From: Deltaproteobacteria bacterium
GTDB lineage: Bacteria > Myxococcota_A > UBA9160 > SMWR01
Assembly (NCBI GenBank): GCA_032128375.1
Contig: JAQBGU010000013.1
Span: 1-21,466, forward strand
Direction of reading: 5' to 3'
DNA length: 21,466 bases
Of the stretch, positions 7,483-15,392 are shown in pieces. The notes under the pieces are model-generated. The model was not told the DNA's origin. It was given only the letters and a program-made list of their open reading frames with translations, and did not search any database. How positions within the stretch are numbered: the first letter of the stretch is position 1; every line of letters begins with the position of its first letter. The position numbers and the translations under genes were made by a program.

Positions 7483-8211
7483 GTGAGCGATTTTTCGGGG
7501 CGGCGAAGACGGTCGGGGCCCAGCCGGTCCCGGTGCACGGGAGTCGGAATTCTGGCCGTCGCGCTCGGCTGTTCGTTGTGGCTCGGCTCTTCGTTGGCGC
7601 CGTTGGCGCTCGCCGAACCGGCGTCCATGAGGGTTTACGACACCAGCGCCGAACGAATCGCGCTGGGAAAACAGACGTTCGCGATCTGCGCGAGTTGCCA
7701 CGGACCGGTTGGTGAGGGCCGTGTCGGTATTGGCCCCAGCCTCGTGAGCTCGAGCTTCCTCGCCGCGGCCAGCGACGATTTTCTCACCCGGACCATCACG
7801 AAGGGGCGAACGGGAACGACGATGATTGCGTGGGGCGGCGTTCTCAGCGAGGAGCAAATCGCCTCCGTTGTCGTGTACCTGCGGTCGCTCGACCCGGTGC
7901 CCGCTGCAGAACTCGACGAATCGAAGCTCCACGGGGTGGCGGATGACGGCCGCGTGACCTTCGAGGCCATCTGTGTGGCGTGTCACGGCCGCGCTGGAGG
8001 TGGCTATATCGAGAGCGCAAACGGCACGGGAATCGGCCGACAGGCGTTCCTATCGGAAGTCTCCGATGGCTACCTGCGATACGTGATCGCAAACGGAAAG
8101 AGCGGCACGCCGATGCGACCATTCTCAGCCGATAGCGCGGTTGCAGTAGCAAATCTCACGAGTCAGCAGATCGACGATGTCATCGCATATCTGCGTAGCC
8201 AAGCCTGGTAG
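7483..8211 (+). CDS. Exported diheme class I cytochrome c (two duplicated domains), ~242 aa
   Basis: Signal region ending ALA|EP; CASCH with distal GTTMIAW and CVACH with distal GTPMRPF; both domains end in VxxYLRS. GTG 7483 follows GGAGG. Confidence 0.92.
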   Translation: MSDFSGRRRRSGPSRSRCTGVGILAVALGCSLWLGSSLAPLALAEPASMRVYDTSAERIALGKQTFAICASCHGPVGEGRVGIGPSLVSSSFLAAASDDFLTRTITKGRTGTTMIAWGGVLSEEQIASVVVYLRSLDPVPAAELDESKLHGVADDGRVTFEAICVACHGRAGGGYIESANGTGIGRQAFLSEVSDGYLRYVIANGKSGTPMRPFSADSAVAVANLTSQQIDDVIAYLRSQAW

Positions 8212-8220
8212 GGGAGAACT

Positions 8221-11010
8221 ATGTCGGATCGAAAGCCGGAAAGCGGTTTGAATCAACAGCCGAATGGCGGTTTGAACCAAGAACCGAAATGTGACTTGAG
8301 TCTCTACGGTGACCGGGATCGTGAGGTACTCAGCAAAATGCCGGAAAATCCGGAGCCGACGGGCTTCGTGCGCCGCAGTTTCCTAAAGGGGGCGGCGGCT
8401 GTTGGCGGCGCCGTATTGGCTGGAAATCGAGGAAACAGCGCATCGGCAAAGGACGTAGAAGCGCGCACCCTTCCCGAAAAGTCATCGTTCGCGCCACCGG
8501 TAAAGGACGTTCCCAACAACATCCTCGCGCAATGCCCGTACTGCGGCGTCGGCTGCGGGACGTTGATTCAGACCGAAAAGGGGCGAATCGTCGGGATGAA
8601 GCCCGACCCACTGCATCCGACCAATCGCGGACTCCAGTGCATCAAGGGACTCACGTCCGCAGAAGCGATCTACGTCGACCGTCTCACCGTCCCGCTGATC
8701 CGCAAGGACATGACCGACATCATCAAGGGACACGAGAGCCAGACCAAGGGCCGGTTCGACGACGCTGTGTTCCGTGAGGCCACGTGGGAAGAGGCCGAAG
8801 AAATCATTGCCAACCAGATCGTCGCGATCATCGAGAAACACGGTGGGAACTCGGTCGGCCTGTATGGCTCGGGACAGCTTCCGGTCGAAGGACAGTGGCT
8901 CGAAAACCTCTTCATGAAGGGAGTGCTCGCGTCGAACACCATCGAGGCGAACGCGCGCATGTGCATGACCTCGGCTGTGACCGGCTATTTCAAGACCCTG
9001 GGCAGCGACACTCCGCCGACTGCGTACGAGGACATCGAGCTATCGGACATGGTCACCCACTGGGGTCACAACGCGCGCGGGTCGCATCCGATCGTCTTCT
9101 GGCGGATCGCAGACTACAAGTCGAAATCGGGTATTCCAACGCTGATCGTGGACCCGCGTCGAACCGGCACGGTGGCGGGGTACGAGGGGATCGATGCGGA
9201 CTCCTCTTATCACTTCTCGACCATCAACGGCGACATCTCGATCCACAACGCCATCGCTCACGTACTGCTGACGAAGCACGAGGATGCAATCGCGTGGGAC
9301 CTGCTCAAGAACCACACGACGGGCTGGCAGACCTATGTGAAGGCGTGCACGGAACGCTACTCACCGGAGCAGGTCGAAGAGATGACGATGATCGACCCGA
9401 AGTATCTGCGCGAAGTGACCGCGCGTTGGGCCGAGGCTTCGATCAAAGGCCGCCAGCGAGGCAGTGGCGGCGTGCTGTCGTTCTGGGGCATCGGATACAA
9501 CCAACACATCCACGGCCAGAACAACGTTGTGAGCCTGATCAATCTGATGGCGCTGTCTGGGAATATCGGTCGCCCCGGCTGCGGTCCGTTCTCGATGACT
9601 GGCCAGCCGAACGCGATGGGCGAACGGCTCACCGGTGGTCTGACGGGTCGCTTGCCCTTCAATCAGGGGCTCAAGAACGAATCGTGGCGCAACCACATTG
9701 CCGACACATGGAGGATCCCGCGGCCGCGTCTGGAGGGCGTGACCGAGCTGCAAAATGCCGGCATGGCGATTGGAATGATGGAGCGCGCCCTCAAGGGTGA
9801 AGTCAAGGCGATGTTCCTCATCTATGCGACTCATATCGACTTGCCGGATCAGAACACGTTGGTGCGTCCAGCTCTTTCGAAGATGTTCAACGTGGTTCAG
9901 GAAATCTACCGCCACGCACCGAACAACCTGTATGCAGACGTCATCCTGCCGGCCGCTACCTGGGGCGAATGGGTAGGCGGCACCTACATCCAATCGGAGC
10001 GGCGCGTCTACGTCACCGATGGGACCGCAAACCCGATTCCGGGGACGAGGCCGGACATCGACATGGTGATCGACAAGGGAAAGATGATCGCGAACCGACT
10101 CGGCCTCGATGGGGAGGCGATCTTCCCTTATCAGCGCAAGGCAAACGGCTTCTACGATCCCGAGGAGATCTTTCGAGACATCGTGATCGCATCGAAGGGA
10201 TCGGACGCCGATCTGTCGGGAATGCTCGAGGTCGAAAAGCGCGACAAAATCGGGCTCTACGACCAGATCCGCAAGCATCGGGGAATTCAGTGGCCCGCAC
10301 CCACCTATGAGATCGCGAAGGCGGGCGGCGCGAAGCGGCGATACATGGGCCAGGAAGGCTGGCAGGGCAAGCCGTACGGCGAGTTCAGAACCGACGACGG
10401 CAAGCTCCACATCCACCTGTGTGAACAGGATTACAGCAATCGGGAAGCCATCACCGCTGAGTTGTCGAGGGCCGGTACCGAAGAAGGCTACTACCTGATC
10501 GACCATATGGACGTGCTCGAAAAGGCGCGCGATGCCGGCCTAACGCCCGAGTTGCCCGATGAGAAATGGCGTGACAAAAAGTGTGACGAGGTCCCGAAGG
10601 ACAAATATCCCTACTGGGTCGGCCTCGGTGTCGTCTACGAACATTTCCATACGTCGAAAACGATCCGCTCCGGCACGACGCGGCGCCTGGTTCCCGAGAT
10701 GTACATCGAGGTACACCCCGACGACGCCAAGGGCCTCGGTATCGTGGATGGCGAATGGGTGCGCGTCGTCACACGCCGCGGCTTCTACGAAGCGCGCGTG
10801 TCGATCGGCCTCGATTCCAAGGTGCGTCCCGCCCGGAACACCGTTCCACGGGGTTACATGTTCAGCCCGTGGAATCTCTCGGTCGCCGATTCTGCCGATC
10901 CCAAGAAGAATCGCTGGTTGGTCAATGGTGTGAGCCACCGCGCCTTCGACCCAGTCAGCGGTCAGGTGGATTTCAAGAAGCTCGCGGCCCGGATCGAGAA
11001 GATCTCGTAG
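8221..11010 (+). CDS. Tat-signal Mo-bis-PGD oxidoreductase of the NapA/NasA/NarB nitrate reductase branch, 929 aa
   Basis: VRRSFLK Tat motif; CPYCGVGC...CIKG [4Fe-4S] site; NARMCM Mo-Cys ligand followed by Met (not the His of formate dehydrogenases); TGQPNAMG; ADVILPAA; C-terminal EHFHT...EVHPDDA...DPVSGQVDFKK. Confidence 0.88.
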   Translation: MSDRKPESGLNQQPNGGLNQEPKCDLSLYGDRDREVLSKMPENPEPTGFVRRSFLKGAAAVGGAVLAGNRGNSASAKDVEARTLPEKSSFAPPVKDVPNNILAQCPYCGVGCGTLIQTEKGRIVGMKPDPLHPTNRGLQCIKGLTSAEAIYVDRLTVPLIRKDMTDIIKGHESQTKGRFDDAVFREATWEEAEEIIANQIVAIIEKHGGNSVGLYGSGQLPVEGQWLENLFMKGVLASNTIEANARMCMTSAVTGYFKTLGSDTPPTAYEDIELSDMVTHWGHNARGSHPIVFWRIADYKSKSGIPTLIVDPRRTGTVAGYEGIDADSSYHFSTINGDISIHNAIAHVLLTKHEDAIAWDLLKNHTTGWQTYVKACTERYSPEQVEEMTMIDPKYLREVTARWAEASIKGRQRGSGGVLSFWGIGYNQHIHGQNNVVSLINLMALSGNIGRPGCGPFSMTGQPNAMGERLTGGLTGRLPFNQGLKNESWRNHIADTWRIPRPRLEGVTELQNAGMAIGMMERALKGEVKAMFLIYATHIDLPDQNTLVRPALSKMFNVVQEIYRHAPNNLYADVILPAATWGEWVGGTYIQSERRVYVTDGTANPIPGTRPDIDMVIDKGKMIANRLGLDGEAIFPYQRKANGFYDPEEIFRDIVIASKGSDADLSGMLEVEKRDKIGLYDQIRKHRGIQWPAPTYEIAKAGGAKRRYMGQEGWQGKPYGEFRTDDGKLHIHLCEQDYSNREAITAELSRAGTEEGYYLIDHMDVLEKARDAGLTPELPDEKWRDKKCDEVPKDKYPYWVGLGVVYEHFHTSKTIRSGTTRRLVPEMYIEVHPDDAKGLGIVDGEWVRVVTRRGFYEARVSIGLDSKVRPARNTVPRGYMFSPWNLSVADSADPKKNRWLVNGVSHRAFDPVSGQVDFKKLAARIEKIS

Positions 11011-11038
11011 CCGCGACGCGCTGATAACCGGAGAACAC

Positions 11039-11644
11039 GTGTCAATCTTCGATCGCCGCGGATTCCTGGGAGCTGGCATGACGATCGCACTGGGTGCGAT
11101 CGGCTTCGCACTCGGCCAGTCGAGACGTGCCGCTGCGAGAGCGCGGATGGTCTTGCGACCACCCGGCGCACTCCCGGAAGCGCAATTCCTGGACAAGTGC
11201 GCGCGGTGTTTCAAATGCGGCAATGCGTGTCCGAACGCCTGCATTCGATTTCACGGAATCGACGCCGGCCTCGAGAATGCCTTCACGCCGTACATCAAAC
11301 CGCGCGATCGAGGCTGCGTGCTGTGTGGTGAGTGCGCGAAGGTGTGCCCGACGGGCGCCCTGAAACCATTCTCGGCTGATCGCGAAGGCTGGCTCGAAAA
11401 TGTCGACATGGGTACTGCTCGGCTCAACAAGAGCATGTGCTTCAGCTACAACGATCGGACCTGCGGGGCCTGCTACCAGGCATGCCCACTGGCCGGCGAG
11501 GCGATCCGAATCGGAGTATTCGAGAAGCCACTGCTCGACCCGGAGAAATGCGTGGGCTGCGGGCTCTGCGAACAGGCTTGCCTGCACCTGCCACAGGCGA
11601 TTCGCGTCGTGCCGCGACGACATGACGACGAGTTCGTGTCGTGA
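11039..11644 (+). CDS. NapG/MauM-like ferredoxin (up to four [4Fe-4S]), 201 aa
   Basis: DRRGFL plus hydrophobic stretch, LRPPGA, CARCFKCGNACP, CVLCGECAKVCP, C...CGACYQACP, CVGCGLCEQAC. Confidence 0.85.
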   Translation: MSIFDRRGFLGAGMTIALGAIGFALGQSRRAAARARMVLRPPGALPEAQFLDKCARCFKCGNACPNACIRFHGIDAGLENAFTPYIKPRDRGCVLCGECAKVCPTGALKPFSADREGWLENVDMGTARLNKSMCFSYNDRTCGACYQACPLAGEAIRIGVFEKPLLDPEKCVGCGLCEQACLHLPQAIRVVPRRHDDEFVS

Positions 11645-14600
11645 CCTTTCGACGTGTCGCTCCGCAGATCGCACGCCACGCGCTGCAGTTGCTGGTACTT
11701 GCCTTCATCGTGTATGCGGCGTTCGGCGGTACGTGGCGCAACTACAAGATGGCCCACAACCAGCGGCGAATCGTATCGCTGATCGAGGGCGACTTCTGGG
11801 GGCGGCTGTACGGAGCAAACGAGGACATCCTCTCGCTCGGCGGTGACCCCTTCTATGCCAGCCTGGGCTTTCTCGGATTCCCGTGGTCATCGCGCGTTCT
11901 CGGTATCGATTCCGTTGATCCGATCCTGGCGATCGATCAGATGTTCAAAACGGGCTCGATTCCCCAATCCTTGTTGTTCGGCCTCGCCGTGCCGGTCGCG
12001 CTCGCTCTGGTTTTCGGCAGGTTTTTCTGCAGCCACCTTTGCCCGATGCGACTGCTGTTCGATGTCGGTCGACGCGTCAGATCGGGCTTGCTTCGGCTCG
12101 GTGCTCCGCTCCCCGAGTTGCGGTCTCCCCATCGACTCGGCGGCTATGTGTTGGCGGGCGGCCTGCTCGCATCGGCCTTCGCGAGCTCCGCGGTCTGGTT
12201 GTTCATCTTGCCGTACGTGAGCTTTTCGGCTGGACTGTTCCTGTTGATCACTGCGGGAACTGGCGGTGCACTGCTTGCCACGGCAGTGGGTTGGGTTCTG
12301 ATCGACGCGCTCGCCGCTCCCGGTCTTTTCTGTCACAACCTGTGTCCGACAGGGTTCGTGCTCGAACAGTTGGGCCGCCTGTCGGTATGGCGGGTCCGCA
12401 AAACCACAGATGCACTGTGCCCCAAGAATTGCGCGCTGTGCAGCGAGGCATGCCCCTACGCGCTCACGCCGGAAAAGAACGAACGGGCGAGCGCTTGTGA
12501 CAATTGTGGCCTTTGCGTCGTGGCTTGTCCGACCAAACGGCTCAGCCGACGCTTCGTGCTGCCGCTGGCTGGCGTAGCCGCATGCCTTTTGCCGATCATT
12601 CCGGGATCGGCCGAGGCGCATCACAACAAGGGCATCCCGCACTACGGGTATTTCGAAAACTACCCTCAGGTACCAACGGAAGAGTTCGTCGGGGTTTCTG
12701 ACCGGTGGGAAATCAGTGCCACGCTGTTCAACTTCCAGGGCCTCGACCGACGCACTTCTGATACCCCCAACGACGTCAAGATCTACCTGGCACTCTACGA
12801 TCTGGAGGCGGACTCCGCGTATACCGGTTCGCTCGACGTTGAGATTCGACGCGACGGCCAGTTGATCTCGCGTTTCGACCGACTGCGCGTCGACGAAGAG
12901 GCTGTCTACTCGACGCGTGAAACTTTCCCGGCAACGGACGACTACGAACTGGTCGCACGTGCGGGAGATGAGGTGATCCGGTTGCCGATCCAGGTCGACC
13001 TGGCATCTGACGCGATCAACTGGGGGTGGATCGCCGCCATCGTGCTGCCGGTAGGGGCCGTGTTCGCGCTGGCACTCGCGGCGGGAAATCGCCAGCGACG
13101 GACCCGAACGGACCGAATCGCGAGAGGTGCTGCTGTCGCTTGCGCTCTGTTGCTGCCACTTGTTGCCTCTCAAGATGCAGACGCCGAGGAACCCCGCGCC
13201 CATCACGCGCCAACCGCCCTTCACGAGAACCACGGCGAATCCCGATCCGATGGCGATTCCGGCATGGTGATGGTGATGGCCGGACTGCCGCTACCACTGT
13301 TTCTAGGCGGTATTGCTGGAGTCATCGCGCTCTCGTTTGCGGCGACCGAACGGATTCGGCCTGTCGGTCGAAAGATGCAGCGTTTCAATTTGATTCGAAA
13401 CCGGCGCGTGTACGCGATCTTTCGAAACCGTTGGTTCCAGGCCGTCCCGCAATTGATCACGGCTGCAGTTCTGCTCTTCCTGGTCTATGCGGGACTGTTC
13501 GGGAGCCGAGTCTCGAACATTACGCCCGTCGCGGTCTGGACGTTCTGGTGGGGCGGCCTGATTTTCTCGGTTTTAGTGCTCGGGTCGGCCTGGTGTTTCG
13601 TGTGTCCTTGGGATGGGCTCGCCAACTGGATTTCGCGACTTCGAGTCGTGACTCGAACCGAGTCACTCTCACTCGGGTTGCCGTTTCCGAAGTGGCTCGA
13701 GGGGGTCACGCCGGCGATCGTGCTGTTCGCCGGACTCGTCTGGCTCGAACTCGGCACCGATATGGTGCGCGACCCGAGAGCCACAGCCTACCTGGGCCTC
13801 GCTATGGCGTGCATGGCTGTCACCAGCGCGCTGCTCTGGGATGGAAAGCGCTTTTGCGCGCATCTGTGTCCGGTCGGAAGAATCTGCGGCGCATACGCGA
13901 ACTTCAGTCCCATCGAAATTCGAGCCCGCAATCCCCGCACTTGCGAAGTGTGCACCACGCAGGACTGTCTTCATGGAAATGACAATGGGTATCCGTGTCC
14001 GGTCGGGATCTCGCTCGCGACAGTCGCGGATACAAGCGACTGCACGATGTGTACGGAGTGCATCAAGAGCTGCGACAAACACAATGTCGCGCTGAATTTG
14101 CGTCCCTTCGGCGCCGACCTCCAGGTTCGGGCTGAACCTCGAATGGACCTGGCGTGGTTGATCGTCGCCCTGCTGGCACTGACGCTGTTCCATGGGCTGA
14201 CGATGACCGATTTCTTCGAGAGTTTCGAACCGGGGCGACAAAGCGTCCTGAAGTGGATGGAACTCCGACTCGGCACGCAACCGGTCGTGAACTTCAGCGC
14301 CGCCATGGCGGTAGCGGTTTCTGTCCCGATTGGCTTGTTCTGGGCTTGTTGTCAGATCTCGACCGCCTGGGCTGGAAGCGGGGCAGGTAACCCGATCGAC
14401 GTCCGGAAGGCATTTGCCAGCTACGCACTGTCGCTGCTGCCGATCGCTCTCTTCTATCACCTGGCCCACAACCTGATGCACCTCGTCATGGAGGGCGGCG
14501 CCGTCGTCGGGTTGCTCAGCGACCCGATGGGACGCGGGTCGGATCTGTTCGGAACCCGCGGCCTGCATCCGGCGGGTCTGGTCTCTCACGAAACGCTCTG

Positions 14601-14799
14601 GATCGCTCAGGTAGCGCTGATCCTGGTCGGACACGTGATCGGGATCGTGGTCGCTCACCGGATCGCGCGCGGCCTCTATCCCGATCGCTCTCGGGCGATG
14701 CGAAGTGTGATTCCGTTTGCTGGGCTGACGATCCTGATTTCGGTGTTTGGCTTGTGGTTGATGCATCTCGACATGAATATGCGCATCGGTCGGATGTGA
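11641..14799 (+). CDS. Large polytopic Fe-S membrane fusion protein: NapH-like module + extracytoplasmic domain + His/Met-rich loop + second NapH-like polyferredoxin module with a C-terminal membrane domain, 1052 aa
   Basis: Module 1: FFCSHLCP, FCHNLCP, CPKNCALCSEACP, CDNCGLCVVACP. Module 2: WCFVCPW, FCAHLCP, CEVCTTQDC...CP, CTMCTECIKSC. One uninterrupted frame; GTGA overlap upstream, TGATG overlap downstream. Confidence 0.88.
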   Translation: MTFRRVAPQIARHALQLLVLAFIVYAAFGGTWRNYKMAHNQRRIVSLIEGDFWGRLYGANEDILSLGGDPFYASLGFLGFPWSSRVLGIDSVDPILAIDQMFKTGSIPQSLLFGLAVPVALALVFGRFFCSHLCPMRLLFDVGRRVRSGLLRLGAPLPELRSPHRLGGYVLAGGLLASAFASSAVWLFILPYVSFSAGLFLLITAGTGGALLATAVGWVLIDALAAPGLFCHNLCPTGFVLEQLGRLSVWRVRKTTDALCPKNCALCSEACPYALTPEKNERASACDNCGLCVVACPTKRLSRRFVLPLAGVAACLLPIIPGSAEAHHNKGIPHYGYFENYPQVPTEEFVGVSDRWEISATLFNFQGLDRRTSDTPNDVKIYLALYDLEADSAYTGSLDVEIRRDGQLISRFDRLRVDEEAVYSTRETFPATDDYELVARAGDEVIRLPIQVDLASDAINWGWIAAIVLPVGAVFALALAAGNRQRRTRTDRIARGAAVACALLLPLVASQDADAEEPRAHHAPTALHENHGESRSDGDSGMVMVMAGLPLPLFLGGIAGVIALSFAATERIRPVGRKMQRFNLIRNRRVYAIFRNRWFQAVPQLITAAVLLFLVYAGLFGSRVSNITPVAVWTFWWGGLIFSVLVLGSAWCFVCPWDGLANWISRLRVVTRTESLSLGLPFPKWLEGVTPAIVLFAGLVWLELGTDMVRDPRATAYLGLAMACMAVTSALLWDGKRFCAHLCPVGRICGAYANFSPIEIRARNPRTCEVCTTQDCLHGNDNGYPCPVGISLATVADTSDCTMCTECIKSCDKHNVALNLRPFGADLQVRAEPRMDLAWLIVALLALTLFHGLTMTDFFESFEPGRQSVLKWMELRLGTQPVVNFSAAMAVAVSVPIGLFWACCQISTAWAGSGAGNPIDVRKAFASYALSLLPIALFYHLAHNLMHLVMEGGAVVGLLSDPMGRGSDLFGTRGLHPAGLVSHETLWIAQVALILVGHVIGIVVAHRIARGLYPDRSRAMRSVIPFAGLTILISVFGLWLMHLDMNMRIGRM

Positions 14800-15392
14800 T
14801 GGTCGACCTCGGCCGGAGAAAATGGCTCAGTCAGCTCCTCCCGACGGCCATCGACACGGTGGTTCAGAACATCGAGCAGGAAGTGGTGCGACACATGCCC
14901 CATCGTCGGCGACCCCCGGGCGCCGCGGCCGAGCTTCAGTTTCAGGCGCTGTGCACGAAATGTGGCGACTGTGTGAACGCGTGCCCCCACGCGGCGGTCT
15001 TTACACTCACTGCGGGCATCGACGCGGGCACGCCGGTGATGCTTCCAGAACTGCGACCGTGTCAGATGTGCGACGGCTTTCCGTGCGCCGCGGCGTGTGA
15101 GACCGGTGCACTGAGGGTTCCCGAAGAGTCCACCGTAACACTCGGCAGCGTCCGGCTCGTCCCGGATCGCTGCATTACGTTTGCGGGGCCTGAATGCGGC
15201 GCTTGTGTTGGAGTGTGCCCGCCTGGAGTCCGGGCGGTGCGACTCGACGGCTACGTGCCAGTCTTCGACGACGAGCGCTGTGTAGGTTGTGGCCTGTGCA
15301 TCCAAGCGTGTCCGACACTACCCGAGGCGATCGAGATGCTGTCACCCGATTTCGCGGCGTCGCCTGGCCTCCCCCCACTGGCCAAAGCTTAG
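14799..15392 (+). CDS. NapF/NapG-like ferredoxin, 197 aa
   Basis: GRRKWL without a hydrophobic h-region, RRPPGA, CTKCGDCVNACP, CQMC...CAAAC, C...CGACVGVCP, CVGCGLCIQACP. ATG 14799 is coupled to the upstream TGA. Confidence 0.85.
   Translation: MVDLGRRKWLSQLLPTAIDTVVQNIEQEVVRHMPHRRRPPGAAAELQFQALCTKCGDCVNACPHAAVFTLTAGIDAGTPVMLPELRPCQMCDGFPCAAACETGALRVPEESTVTLGSVRLVPDRCITFAGPECGACVGVCPPGVRAVRLDGYVPVFDDERCVGCGLCIQACPTLPEAIEMLSPDFAASPGLPPLAKA

Noticed and set aside
8221..11010. Formate dehydrogenase, NarG/perchlorate reductase or arsenite oxidase/iodate reductase identity
   Set aside because: Cys-Met at the Mo ligand rather than Cys/Sec-His, four-Cys cluster rather than the His-ligated NarG type, and no Rieske or NarH/NarI partners.
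9361..14766. Long antisense ORFs 9361-10506, 11887-13233 and 13669-14766
   Set aside because: Shadow frames of well-supported genes in GC-rich DNA; no recognisable motifs.
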